DNA of 64,000 nucleotides from Escherichia coli (lineage in GTDB: Bacteria > Pseudomonadota > Gammaproteobacteria > Enterobacterales > Enterobacteriaceae): NCBI RefSeq assembly GCF_044324785.1, contig NZ_CP172127.1, one strand, 5' to 3'. The position numbers and the translations under genes were made by a program. Below the pieces are notes generated by a model that did no database searches, had not been told where the DNA came from, and was given only the letters and a program-made list of their open reading frames with translations. Shown here one piece after another: positions 33,849-43,537 of the stretch. The stretch's first letter is position 1. Each line of letters starts with the position of its first letter.

Positions 33849-34320
33849 TGGAGCACCTCAAAAACACCATCATACACTAAATCAGTAAGTTGGCAGCATC
33901 ACCCGTTCATTTTCTGAGCCTGTAAAACATGTGGTGATATAGTCTGAGAGCATAAAAGTTGAGATTCTGTGTATCAAGTCCTGTCTTGGCACCGAATGAA
34001 TATTGCTTACGAAGCCCCTTCATGCTTTCCTTGAGAACAATAATTTTATCTTTATGTGAATCTCATTTTTTATAATGATGTCAGATGATTGAAATGCTAA
34101 ATTATATCTGAATCAACTTTTCCTTTGCTAAAGGTATAGAAATAACTGCAAGGCTGTATTTTGTAATTGCCAATTTAAAAATGTCAATTTGTTTTTAATT
34201 ATGTTTTTGTAATAAGTTTGAAGACACAAAAAATAATATAATAACAAAAATCCTCCAGCCTTGTAGGCCAGAGGATAAAATACTTAATTGAGGAAAACAT
34301 CAGGGAAAAGTATTTCTGAC

Positions 34321-35505
34321 TTAACTTTCCCGGCTGGAGAGTGAATCAATGTAATCAGCGTACCATTGCATCATTTCACGGCGGCCATCGAGATACAGGG
34401 CATGATTATAGGTACCCCTGATGGAATTTTTATCCACATGAGCTAACTGCATTTCAATCCAGGCAGAATTAAAGCCCTGTTCGTGCAGAATGGTACTCAT
34501 GGTGTGACGAAAACCATGACCGGTTGCCCTGCCATCGTAACCGATACGTTTGAGCACCATATTGATGCTGGCTTCGCTCATTGGCTTGTTGATATCACAA
34601 CGTCCCGGAAAAACCAGCCGGTATTGCCCGGAGAAAGTTTTGAGCTGCAGCAGAATGTCAGTGGCCTGTCGTGACAGTGGTACGACATGTTTACGTCGCA
34701 TTTTCATGCGGCTTTCAGGGATTGTCCACAGTGCATTATCAAAATCAATTTCTGACCATTCAGCGGACCGTAGCTCAATGGTTCTGAGACCTGTCAGAAG
34801 CAGCAGATTTGTCGCCATGCGGGTAACAGGACTGCCATGATACTCAGCGAGCTTCCGGAGAAAAACAGGGAGCTCATCTGCTCTCAGGTGGGGGAAATGT
34901 GCAGCTTTTGGCGCCGCCAGCGTACTGGTCAGTTCAGATGCCGGATTGACAGTGGCTCGTCCGGTGGCGATGGCATAACGAAAAATCTGATTACAGTATT
35001 GACGCACCTTACGAAGTTTTTCCAGCGAGCCACGTTTTTCTATGCGGCGCAGAATTTCCAGCATTTCCAGCGGGAGGATATCCGTAACGCTTCGTTTGCC
35101 CAGATACGGGAAAATATCTTTATCCAGCGCTTCCAGTACGCTTCTGGCGTAACTTTCAGACCATGACAAAGATTTATGCTGGTGCCATTCCGTAGCGAGG
35201 GCATGGAACGTATTGGTGGCAGAGATTTTCTGAGTGAGTTTTTCCTTTCGCTTCTTTTCGCCCGGGTCACCACCTTCGGAGATGATTTTTCGGGCATCGT
35301 CGCGTTTGATTCTGGCCTCAGCAAGGGAGACGTCGGGATAGACGCCGAGGGCCAGTTTTTTCTCTTTTCCTGCTATCCGGTATTTAAGCCGCCAGTAGCG
35401 GGCACCCGTGGTTTTTACCAGCAGATATAAACCACGTTCGTCAGAGAGTTTATAGTCTTTTTCTTTAGGTCTGGCTGTTTCGACCTGTCTGGCTGTAAGT
35501 GCCAT
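34321..35505 (-). CDS. int: P4-type tyrosine integrase
   Basis: About 394 aa from MALTARQVETARPKEKDYKLSDERGLYLLVK (P4-int N-terminus); C-terminal catalytic region with GHGFRHT and Tyr; next to the tRNA-Phe 3' fragment. Confidence 0.9.
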   Translation of the reverse strand: MALTARQVETARPKEKDYKLSDERGLYLLVKTTGARYWRLKYRIAGKEKKLALGVYPDVSLAEARIKRDDARKIISEGGDPGEKKRKEKLTQKISATNTFHALATEWHQHKSLSWSESYARSVLEALDKDIFPYLGKRSVTDILPLEMLEILRRIEKRGSLEKLRKVRQYCNQIFRYAIATGRATVNPASELTSTLAAPKAAHFPHLRADELPVFLRKLAEYHGSPVTRMATNLLLLTGLRTIELRSAEWSEIDFDNALWTIPESRMKMRRKHVVPLSRQATDILLQLKTFSGQYRLVFPGRCDINKPMSEASINMVLKRIGYDGRATGHGFRHTMSTILHEQGFNSAWIEMQLAHVDKNSIRGTYNHALYLDGRREMMQWYADYIDSLSSRES

Positions 35506-35680
35506 ATGGGGGCTCCTGAAACTGACTGAACACAATGAGCCCCCACCGGGGCCCCCAATGAACGCTTGATTGAGAGAGAGTTCAGTAGAGTCTGGTGGAG
35601 TTCAGAATGTTCAGATTGCTTGTAACGATGTGATTATACTTGAGTTTCGTGGAGTTCGGGAGATGAATCTGGAAGTGAAA

Positions 35681-35730
35681 GTGGTGCCCGGACTCGGAAT
35701 CGAACCAAGGACACGGGGATTTTCAATCCC
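35681..35730 (-). other. Partial tRNA-Phe gene, 3' 50 nt only (displaced attachment-site copy)
   Basis: Minus-strand sequence equals the 3' 50 nt of E. coli tRNA-Phe (as I recall it) including anticodon loop and CCA; identity stops where the 5' half should be. Confidence 0.8.
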
Positions 35731-35782
35731 CGTGCCATAATTGGCTGTGTCAGTTGGTTACACACCATTGAGGTGTGTACTA

Positions 35783-36661
35783 ATGAAAATACTGCCCGTT
35801 GTCTCCACAAAAGGTGGCGAAGGTAAATCAACACAATCCGCAAACCTGGCTGGTTTTCTCGCCGATGCAGGTATCCGTACCCTGCTGATTGACGGAGATC
35901 ATGCTCAGCCCACGGCAAGCAACATCTTTCCGCTGACATATGAAGCGTCAGCCGGTCTTTTTGAGTTGCTGATGCGCACGGCTGACCTCAGTCATCCCGA
36001 TAACATCATTTCCCGCACGGCTATCGACGGACTCGATCTGATAGTCTCCAATGACCCTCATGAGCAGTTAAAAACTGCGATGCTTCACGCCCCGGATGGT
36101 CGTCTGCGCCTCCGGAATGTCCTGCAGCATCCGCTTTTTCTGAACAACTACGATGTCATTGTAGTTGATTCTCAGGGAGCACGTTCTGTCATGCTCGAAA
36201 TGATTATGCTGTCGGCCACTGATTCGGTTGTCGGGATGGTCAATCCGGTACTCCCTGATGTGCGCGAGTTTATTCGGGGCACTGTCAATGTTATGGAGAA
36301 CCTGCTGCCTTACCGGGAGCTGGGGATACCCCTGCCGAAAGTACGCACGCTGGTTAACTGCATGGATTATACGGCACTGGCCAGGAAGACGCTGGATGAG
36401 CTGGCCGGAATTATTCAGACCGGTCGTTACAGCAGACAGTTACCTGAAGGTGCGGTTTCCCTTCTTTCCACACAGATTTACGACCTGAATATTTACAAGC
36501 AGGGGCATGCGGCTGGTCAACCCGTACATCGTCTCGAAAAAGAATCCACACGTCGCAGTGATTCCGCGCTTGTCACGATGCACAGCCTGGCCTGTGAACT
36601 CTTTCCTGAGTGGAAACAGGCGTTTGACGGGCTGCTGGCGAACGGGGGAATACGTCAGTGA
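35783..36661 (+). CDS. parA: ParA/Soj-family partition ATPase
   Basis: MKILPVVSTKGGEGKSTQSANLA deviant Walker A; first gene inside the ICE boundary. Confidence 0.9.
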   Translation: MKILPVVSTKGGEGKSTQSANLAGFLADAGIRTLLIDGDHAQPTASNIFPLTYEASAGLFELLMRTADLSHPDNIISRTAIDGLDLIVSNDPHEQLKTAMLHAPDGRLRLRNVLQHPLFLNNYDVIVVDSQGARSVMLEMIMLSATDSVVGMVNPVLPDVREFIRGTVNVMENLLPYRELGIPLPKVRTLVNCMDYTALARKTLDELAGIIQTGRYSRQLPEGAVSLLSTQIYDLNIYKQGHAAGQPVHRLEKESTRRSDSALVTMHSLACELFPEWKQAFDGLLANGGIRQ

Positions 36662-36749
36662 TTCAGGTTAAGCGAGAACCATGCAGCTCCGTTACCCTGG
36701 CTTATGGACGTTATCAATACCGGACAATATGACGAGAAGGATTAACCCT

Positions 36750-37244
36750 ATGAATAACAGCAGCAATACCACAACCCGTAATACGCTTTCACCCGTTGAG
36801 TCAGCCTGTCATGCCTTACTGGATTTTATTGCCCGGGAAGTTTTTGAGAATAAAGCACCGGAAGAGGACGTCAGGGAACGTTGCAAAGTATTTACAGCGC
36901 TGCTTAACGAAGGATTTAAAGCCCTGCTTGATGAGGCAGGGCTGAATCTGTCAAACCTTCGTAAACAGTGTGAGGAACTGGAATCTCAGATAACCAGACT
37001 TGATTCTCAGTCCGATGCTATTTGTCGCAGAGGTGCTCAAATTGAACGCTTCATTGGTCACCATTTACCTTTTTTCGATTTGAACAAAGTTTTTGATACT
37101 GCCAGTCAGTCATGTGAACCAGCGCCTTCTCCGGCTCAGTCGGCTGTGTCCAGTAGTCAGCCCAGTAATCTGTCAGAGCAAGGGACATCTCAGCGGGTGT
37201 CATCTGTTCAACCGTTGCAGGGAGCCAGTGATGTTGATGAATAA
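36750..37244 (+). CDS. Hypothetical ICE protein (coiled-coil)
   Basis: ORF with RBS GAAGGA before ATG 36750; 3' third overlaps a convergent ORF and may be over-extended. Confidence 0.45.
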   Translation: MNNSSNTTTRNTLSPVESACHALLDFIAREVFENKAPEEDVRERCKVFTALLNEGFKALLDEAGLNLSNLRKQCEELESQITRLDSQSDAICRRGAQIERFIGHHLPFFDLNKVFDTASQSCEPAPSPAQSAVSSSQPSNLSEQGTSQRVSSVQPLQGASDVDE

Positions 37245-37527
37245 GAGCAAACTTAACGGCTTGTTGAACGCTGATACTGTTATCGTCCAGAAAAAACCAG
37301 CGGCGGCTGTTAATCAGCCAGTGTCCGAGCCAGCAAAGTCGGTAAGCGAGCTTCCGGTCAGCTCCGGGAAAGATTTCTGTTCCCTGGTCAAAGAAGGTTT
37401 TGCACCGTTCCACATCGTCGGTGCTCATACCTCCGACTTTCCAGTTTTCATAATATTTTGCCATGTTGCCATCCTCATCATGGTTGTTATCAATGCCGGA
37501 CGGCAGTTGCTGATGATTTGTGTTCAT
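37051..37527 (-). CDS. Hypothetical protein (Trp-rich), antisense to the ICE operon direction
   Basis: About 158-aa ORF with protein-like composition (YWADYW, HQHHW); overlaps the 3' end of 36750-37244. Confidence 0.4.
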   Translation of the reverse strand: MNTNHQQLPSGIDNNHDEDGNMAKYYENWKVGGMSTDDVERCKTFFDQGTEIFPGADRKLAYRLCWLGHWLINSRRWFFLDDNSISVQQAVKFALIHQHHWLPATVEQMTPAEMSLALTDYWADYWTQPTEPEKALVHMTDWQYQKLCSNRKKVNGDQ

Positions 37528-37735
37528 AAGGTATTTCTCTTCGTAAACATGTTGATTATGAGCGCAAATATGCTGTACGTACCTTCTGACCGGGGTCGGC
37601 AAACTTACCGGTCGGAAAATGTACAGACAGTTATGGGCCTTTTATGCCCTGCAACTGTTCGTCCGGCACCCGTTTTCGTTTTTTTGCATGGTGGGTTTGC
37701 TGTGAAACAGGCTCCGTTTGCCCGGGAGGTGGCGT

Positions 37736-39124
37736 ATGTCTGAACGCTATATTCCACGCTCCGTTGATGCAGAGCAGGCCGTGCTGGGCGGCCTGATGCT
37801 CGATAATGAACGCTGGGATGAGGTGGTACTGATGCTCCGGGGGGAGGATTTTTCTCTGGCCGCACACCGGGTGATATTCCGCACCATGTCAGAGCTGGCA
37901 ACCAGCGGTCAGCCGTTCGACCTCATCACGCTGAGTGAGCATATTGAGAAAACAAACAATATTGAGGCACTGGGTGGTTTCGCTTATCTGGCTGAACTCA
38001 GCAAAAATACGCCTTCTGCAGCCAATATTATCGCTTATGCCCGTATTGTTGCTGAAAAGAGCATGCTGCGTCAGTTGCAGGAGACGGGGAATGCGCTGAT
38101 TACGGATGTGGCCGCACCGGATGCGACACCACGCACTGTTCTTGAATCCGCTGAACGTCGGCTCTTTTCACTTTCACAGACTGGCATGTTGCATGAGCGA
38201 TGTGAAGTCAGTCTCACCTCGGCTATGGAGCTGGCGCTGCGTCAACTGGAAGAGGGACTGAACGCCGGCGGGATGACGGGCACGCCCACGGGATTTGATG
38301 AACTGGATAAGATGACCTGTGGTCTGCAGCCCGGCGACCTCATTCTTCTGGCTGCACGCCCGTCTATGGGGAAAACAGCGCTGGGCCTTACCTTCTGTCT
38401 TAATGCCCTGTGTAACCGGACCGATGAAACGGTATTTCTTTTCAGTATCGAAATGTCCCGGGAGCAGCTGATTCTGCGTGTCCTGTCAATGCTCTCCAGG
38501 GTGGAGCTGACACGTCTTCGCAGCAGCATGATGAATGATGAAGAGTGGGCGAGAGTCACGGCAACCATGGGACGCTTCATGAATGAAGCGTCATTCATCG
38601 GAGATGGAAACCGCCTGATAATTGATGACACCTCCTTCCAGACGCCGTCATCGCTGCGTGCCAGCGCCCGTCGTTATGTCCGTCTGTATGGCAGACCTTC
38701 CCTGATAATGGTTGATTACCTCCAGCTGATTCGTTCTCCGGACCAGGAGAACCGAACGCAGGAAATTGCGGAAATATCCCGCGCCCTTAAGGCGTTAGGT
38801 AAAGAGCTGGGATGCCCGGTACTGGCACTGTCTCAGCTTAACCGTCAGGTGGAGCAGCGGGCGGATAAGCGCCCCAATAACGGTGACCTGCGTGATTCCG
38901 GGGCGCTGGAGCAGGATGCTGACCTCATTATGTTTATTTACCGTGATGAGGTTTATAACTCTGGCACGCTGGATAAGGGCGTTGCTGAAATCATTGTGAG
39001 CAAACAGCGGCAGGGGCCAACCGGAACGATACGGGTGAACTTCGACGGCCGCTACACCCTGTTTTCACCGTTTGAACGTGGATGGAATTTTGACCGTGCC
39101 GGAGGAAATGCGTATGTCAATTAA
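37736..39124 (+). CDS. DnaB-like replicative helicase (ICE-encoded)
   Basis: N-terminal DnaB domain (EQAVLGGLMLDNERWDEV), Walker A ARPSMGKTALGL, C-terminal RecA-like motifs; RBS GGAGG. Confidence 0.9.
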   Translation: MSERYIPRSVDAEQAVLGGLMLDNERWDEVVLMLRGEDFSLAAHRVIFRTMSELATSGQPFDLITLSEHIEKTNNIEALGGFAYLAELSKNTPSAANIIAYARIVAEKSMLRQLQETGNALITDVAAPDATPRTVLESAERRLFSLSQTGMLHERCEVSLTSAMELALRQLEEGLNAGGMTGTPTGFDELDKMTCGLQPGDLILLAARPSMGKTALGLTFCLNALCNRTDETVFLFSIEMSREQLILRVLSMLSRVELTRLRSSMMNDEEWARVTATMGRFMNEASFIGDGNRLIIDDTSFQTPSSLRASARRYVRLYGRPSLIMVDYLQLIRSPDQENRTQEIAEISRALKALGKELGCPVLALSQLNRQVEQRADKRPNNGDLRDSGALEQDADLIMFIYRDEVYNSGTLDKGVAEIIVSKQRQGPTGTIRVNFDGRYTLFSPFERGWNFDRAGGNAYVN

Positions 39125-40766
39125 ACGAAATCATTCCGTTGATCTGGGAGCTGCCATCATGCAACCGGGCCGTCAGGCCAGCACGACGGGTAACGTGGTG
39201 GCGCTGGGGGAAACACCGATGATTCTGACGCTGGATCAACTGCGCCCCAACCCGGATAACCCGAGGACCACGCGTAATCCCCGGTACGACGATATTAAAA
39301 GTTCAATTTTCTCCCGTGGACTGGATACGGTGCCCAAAGTCACCCGGATACCTGAGAGTGAGCCGGATATCTATATTTTCAGCGATGGTGGTAACACGCG
39401 ATATCAGATCCTGAAAGAGCTGTGGGAGGAGACCGGCGATCAGCGTTTCTATCGTATTCATGTGCTTTTCAAGCCATGGCCGGGACGGCTTCAGTGCGTC
39501 ATTGGTCACCTGGCTGAGAATGAAGTCAGGGGCGAACTGACGTTTATTGAAAAGGCCCGGGGTATCCATAACGCCCGGATGATTTATGAGGAGTCGATGC
39601 AGCGAACCGTGACGATCAGGGAACTGGCGTCACTGCTGACGGATGAAGGACTTCCGGTAAGCCACTCATCTGTCAGCAGGATGGAGCATACTCTGAAATA
39701 TCTGTATCCGTGGATCCCCGATCTTCTGGAATCAGGATTAGGAAGACCGCAGATCAATTCACTGTTGTCTCTCCGGCAGGATGCGGAACGCATCTGGGGA
39801 CAGTTTGCGGTGGCAACAGAGAACGGGGCGGATTTTGACCGCGTGTTTGGTGAATGCTGCAGCAAATTCAATTCACCGGAGCTCTGGTCACTGGAGATGT
39901 TCCGGGATGAGCTGATTGGTGATCTGCTGAAAGCGTTACCACATCCGGTGCTGGATTATGACCGCTGGTTGCTTGAACTGGATCCGCGGGAGCGTAACCG
40001 ACGTCACCATTTTGGCGAACCTGAGCCGGTGCTCATTCCCGCAGACAGTGATGCGATGCCAGAGCCTGCGACTGACGGTGTGTCGGCAGTGACGGCGGAG
40101 AAGAACAGCGGAAGGGAGCAGTCTGTGATTTCCGCACCGGCTGACCATGACACCGTCATGAATACGGAGCAATCCCCGGCTGGAAAGGCGGAGAGTTCAG
40201 TTATCGAACAACGCGAAGAACGCCGTAGAAAGGAAGTCCAGCCGGATATGTATGGTGGTGAAGAAACATACAGCGGCGATTACGAAGAGGATGGCGATAC
40301 CCGTGATGCTGCGGATCTGCCGGTAACGTCACCGGAAGAGGGGGCTCAGCAGAGCAGCGGTGAAATATTCAGTGAGCCGGTATTCAGTGTTGGTGAACTG
40401 GATGATATCGAATATCTGCAGAATGAGGCATTTCACCTGGCATGGGAGCTGGCGTCACACACAGGCTGTGTCGATGAGCTGGCTATGGACAGGGAAAGCG
40501 AACTGTCTGCGGGATTCGGCGCGGCAGAGGCGAATTGTTCTCCGGTCATGGCATTTCTTGTCAGACTGACCGGTGAGGAGGTTCTGCGGGTCAATCCGGT
40601 TTCCCTTGATGCACTGCTGATAGGCGGCAGTACTGAAGAAGACCTGCCGTTGCTTGATGATGAACATGCAGGAAAGTTGCTTCGCCTGCTGGGTGTGTTG
40701 CGTCGTCTGCGGGGGCTGCAGCGTATGGTGGAAGACGAGAGTGAGGAAGGGCGCGATGAATGCTGA
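39114..40766 (+). CDS. ParB-like nuclease-domain protein (ICE ParB family)
   Basis: N-terminal ParB/Srx-like domain followed by a long acidic low-complexity C-terminal region. Confidence 0.75.
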   Translation: MSIKRNHSVDLGAAIMQPGRQASTTGNVVALGETPMILTLDQLRPNPDNPRTTRNPRYDDIKSSIFSRGLDTVPKVTRIPESEPDIYIFSDGGNTRYQILKELWEETGDQRFYRIHVLFKPWPGRLQCVIGHLAENEVRGELTFIEKARGIHNARMIYEESMQRTVTIRELASLLTDEGLPVSHSSVSRMEHTLKYLYPWIPDLLESGLGRPQINSLLSLRQDAERIWGQFAVATENGADFDRVFGECCSKFNSPELWSLEMFRDELIGDLLKALPHPVLDYDRWLLELDPRERNRRHHFGEPEPVLIPADSDAMPEPATDGVSAVTAEKNSGREQSVISAPADHDTVMNTEQSPAGKAESSVIEQREERRRKEVQPDMYGGEETYSGDYEEDGDTRDAADLPVTSPEEGAQQSSGEIFSEPVFSVGELDDIEYLQNEAFHLAWELASHTGCVDELAMDRESELSAGFGAAEANCSPVMAFLVRLTGEEVLRVNPVSLDALLIGGSTEEDLPLLDDEHAGKLLRLLGVLRRLRGLQRMVEDESEEGRDEC

Positions 40767-41487
40767 TGCCGCACGTCAGGATCAACTGATTAAACGGATA
40801 AGAAAACTGCTGGCGCTGAGCCGGAATAACAGTAACCCCCATGAGGCAGGCCAGGCACTTTCCCGTGCTCAGGCGCTGATGCGCAAGCACGGTATCACTG
40901 AACTGGATACTGATATTTCGGTGATAAAGACCTCGTCATCAAAGGGGGCCCCGTCAGAAGCGGAAAAAGTTCCGGTATGGATGGGGCGCCTTATGCATGT
41001 TGTTGCAGAGGCATTCGGATGCCATACATACCTGGACTGGCGTATCACAACCGGAAGGTACTGGCGGCGGGTTGTCATATTTTATGGCTTTGGGGAGCGC
41101 CCGGTTGTGGCGGCGTATGCCTTTGATGTTCTCTGCCGGCAGATGCAAAAGGCAACAAAGGCGTATCTTTCAACCCAGAGCCGGACATTAAAATTGTCAA
41201 CCCGAAGGGCAAGAGCAGCCATGTTTCGTGACGGCTGGGTTTATGGGGTGCGTGATGTGGTGGATGCATTCCCGCTCACGGAAGATGAGACGCGTGTAAT
41301 GAAGACGTGGCTGAAGAGACAGCAATTTGAGGGAATGGCTGCCTTCCGGAATGTTAAGGACTGTAATGGTGGTGATCGTGCACGCTGGCAGGGATACAAC
41401 GAGGGGAAAAAGGCAACGCTGAATCACGGTGTTGGTTCCCGGGATCTGAGACCGGAAAGCCTGATATCGGGCGGAGGTGAGGTATGA
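40756..41487 (+). CDS. Conserved ICE hypothetical protein (DUF2786-like N-terminus)
   Basis: N-terminal LIKRIRKLLALSRNNSNPHEAGQALSRAQALMRKHGI resembles the DUF2786 motif; overlaps parB-like stop. Confidence 0.5.
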   Translation: MNADAARQDQLIKRIRKLLALSRNNSNPHEAGQALSRAQALMRKHGITELDTDISVIKTSSSKGAPSEAEKVPVWMGRLMHVVAEAFGCHTYLDWRITTGRYWRRVVIFYGFGERPVVAAYAFDVLCRQMQKATKAYLSTQSRTLKLSTRRARAAMFRDGWVYGVRDVVDAFPLTEDETRVMKTWLKRQQFEGMAAFRNVKDCNGGDRARWQGYNEGKKATLNHGVGSRDLRPESLISGGGEV

Positions 41488-42062
41488 GTAACAACTTATC
41501 ACAGGCCACCAACGGGCTGTTGATGCAACTGGTGATGGATCTCAAGAGTGGCTATCTGCGGCGATGTGAAGCGCTGGGGCTTTCCCGGGAAGAAATGCAG
41601 ATGCTGCAGGGGCTGAGCATTGAAGAAATTCACTATCTGTCAAATTCAGAAGTGTCGGTGCTGCGGCTGGATATTAACCACAACAATCTTGTGCGCATGT
41701 TGCAGCAGGCGCGGACTGAACAGAAACGTCTGCAGCGAATCGATCGCGCTCTGGCGCTGGGTGGGTCTATCGAACTCATGGCGTTTTATTTTGGTCTTTC
41801 CAGCGTGGATGTGGCTGCGCGGCGTCGTATCTCCGGTATTGATGTTCGTCCCGGAAGGGGGATCACCCTGAGTGACGATGAGAATTCTGAACTCTGGCGG
41901 TTGTGGCAGAAAGCCGGGATCAATGATGTGGAGAGTGTGGATGGGCTGGATGTCATGATGCTTTGTGCTGAACAGATGAACATTCCACTGACGGCCATCT
42001 GGCATGCCGTCAGAGGGTGGCATACAACCGGAAATCCGGATCAGGTAAGGAGTGCGTCATGA
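41484..42062 (+). CDS. Hypothetical ICE protein
   Basis: 192-aa ORF translationally coupled to flanking genes. Confidence 0.5.
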   Translation: MSNNLSQATNGLLMQLVMDLKSGYLRRCEALGLSREEMQMLQGLSIEEIHYLSNSEVSVLRLDINHNNLVRMLQQARTEQKRLQRIDRALALGGSIELMAFYFGLSSVDVAARRRISGIDVRPGRGITLSDDENSELWRLWQKAGINDVESVDGLDVMMLCAEQMNIPLTAIWHAVRGWHTTGNPDQVRSAS

Positions 42063-42307
42063 AGATGACAGAACTGGTTCCCGGAGTGCTGACAAGTCCG
42101 GGCGTCCCTCCCACCAGTCAGCGTAAGGCGGTTGAACTGGTCAATCGCTTCCGTCGTGGAGAGCGGAATTATCATGAACTGAAGGAAAGGGGATTTGGTT
42201 ATTTCAAGATTGATGTTGGTCCTGGCTGGCGGTTACTGAGCCGGAATAAAGGGCTGACCTGGGCCCTGTTGAGTCATGAACGATACAACAACATGAGACT
42301 GAAGTGA
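42059..42307 (+). CDS. Small hypothetical protein (82 aa)
   Basis: RBS AAGGAG before ATG; start overlaps upstream stop. Confidence 0.5.
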   Translation: MKMTELVPGVLTSPGVPPTSQRKAVELVNRFRRGERNYHELKERGFGYFKIDVGPGWRLLSRNKGLTWALLSHERYNNMRLK

Positions 42308-42316
42308 GGTGGAAAG

Positions 42317-42574
42317 ATGAGTAATGCAGCAAGACTCCAGCTGGGTTTTTCTCCGTTTTCAAAAACTATCGTGCTGGCAAAAATGCGTAATCTTGACGAC
42401 GGAACCAGTCTTCGTGTCGGTAATGATCCCGGTCGCGATGTAACCAATGAGGCGGCTCAGCTTGTCTGGCATCTGGTCATGGCAGAAGGTGGTGAAATTA
42501 TGTGGGAAATGGACGATGGCTCCCGCATGGTGCTGAAGGCTGAAAGTCAGGAGGCAACCAGTGAGCAAGATTAA
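42317..42574 (+). CDS. Small hypothetical protein (85 aa)
   Basis: RBS GAGGTGG; operon context. Confidence 0.5.
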   Translation: MSNAARLQLGFSPFSKTIVLAKMRNLDDGTSLRVGNDPGRDVTNEAAQLVWHLVMAEGGEIMWEMDDGSRMVLKAESQEATSEQD

Positions 42575-42776
42575 CTACCAGGCACTGCGTGAGGCGGCAG
42601 AGAAAGCACCGTGGGGAGACTGGGACTCATATAAACCGCACCGTGGCGCACGAGGTTATGAGGTCCGACTAAGTAAGACGAGTGAGGTTGACGGGGTGTT
42701 GCGGGGTGATGGGGCACAGTTGTTGCAAAAAGCCCAGCGCGGCGCAAAACCGCTGGAAAAACCACTTGCGCACTAA
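42561..42776 (+). CDS. Small hypothetical protein (71 aa)
   Basis: Overlapping start-stop with upstream ORF. Confidence 0.45.
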   Translation: MSKINYQALREAAEKAPWGDWDSYKPHRGARGYEVRLSKTSEVDGVLRGDGAQLLQKAQRGAKPLEKPLAH

Positions 42777-42787
42777 AGGAGATTGAT

Positions 42788-43153
42788 ATGGCACTGACGA
42801 AAAAACAACGTGCAGAACTGCGCATGAAGTTCGGCGGTCGCTGCGCTTATTGCGGCTGCGAGCTTGGCGAAAAGTGGCATGCAGACCATGTAAAACCGGT
42901 CATTCGTTTTGCTGGAAATATGCTTCACCAGGACCGTGACGATATATCCAACATGGTTCCGGCATGCCACCCATGCAATCTGCACAAGCATTGCAGTAGC
43001 CTGGAAGATTATCGGCGAATTATCAGTGATGGTCGTCGTGAATTCCTTGCGTCCGGGAAAGGCAAGGCGCTGGTTCGTATGGGATTGGTTGAAATGAAAT
43101 CTGACCCGGTTGTGTTCTGGTTTGAAAAATATCAAGAAGGGGCTACGGCATGA
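42788..43153 (+). CDS. HNH endonuclease (small, stand-alone)
   Basis: 121 aa; CAYCGC...HADHVKP...N...ACHPCNLHKH is an HNH motif with zinc-binding Cys pairs; RBS AAGGAG. Confidence 0.8.
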   Translation: MALTKKQRAELRMKFGGRCAYCGCELGEKWHADHVKPVIRFAGNMLHQDRDDISNMVPACHPCNLHKHCSSLEDYRRIISDGRREFLASGKGKALVRMGLVEMKSDPVVFWFEKYQEGATA

Positions 43154-43536
43154 CCACTATTACCAAAGAGCGACTGCTGACAATCAAACAGTGGCGCGAA
43201 ACATACGGACCGGGTAGCAACGTTGTCCTTCCAGCAGAAGAAGCGGAAGAACTGGCACGAATTGCTCTGGCATCGCTGGAAGCAAAACCAATAGGTGCAT
43301 TCCACATTGCAGAACAGCAAGTTGACGGCACAAGTGACTACCTCAAGGATGGAGAATGGCCTATTGATAATGGAATTATTGAGGTCTACGCCGCTCCCCC
43401 CGTTCCAGTAGTACCGGAAGAAAAACCAATGCCTAATCCTCTTAGCATGTACGCGGTCGATGCTGTTGCCGCTATTGCAGAGGTGAGAGGCTGGAACGCC
43501 TGTCGTGCCGCCATGCTTCATGGTAAAGGAGAGTGA
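43150..43536 (+). CDS. Hypothetical protein, paralog of 43744-44250 (N-terminal half)
   Basis: Starts MTTITKERLL and contains ARIALASLEAKP; the downstream paralog starts MTTITRENAE and contains FRIALASLEAEP. Confidence 0.5.
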   Translation: MTTITKERLLTIKQWRETYGPGSNVVLPAEEAEELARIALASLEAKPIGAFHIAEQQVDGTSDYLKDGEWPIDNGIIEVYAAPPVPVVPEEKPMPNPLSMYAVDAVAAIAEVRGWNACRAAMLHGKGE

Positions 43537-43537
43537 T

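Larger units (their letters stand above)
33136..33903 (-). mobile_element. IS1 insertion sequence (complete, 768 bp)
   Basis: Terminal inverted repeats GGTAATGACTCCAACTTA... and ...TAAGTTGGCAGCATCACC; insA and insB ORFs present; flanks differ (TGATGTGTC vs CGTTCATTT), so no target duplication. Confidence 0.9.

Noticed and set aside
35681-35756. Intact tRNA-Phe gene
   Set aside because: Only the 3' 50 nt match tRNA-Phe; the sequence where the D-arm and acceptor 5' strand should be is unrelated.
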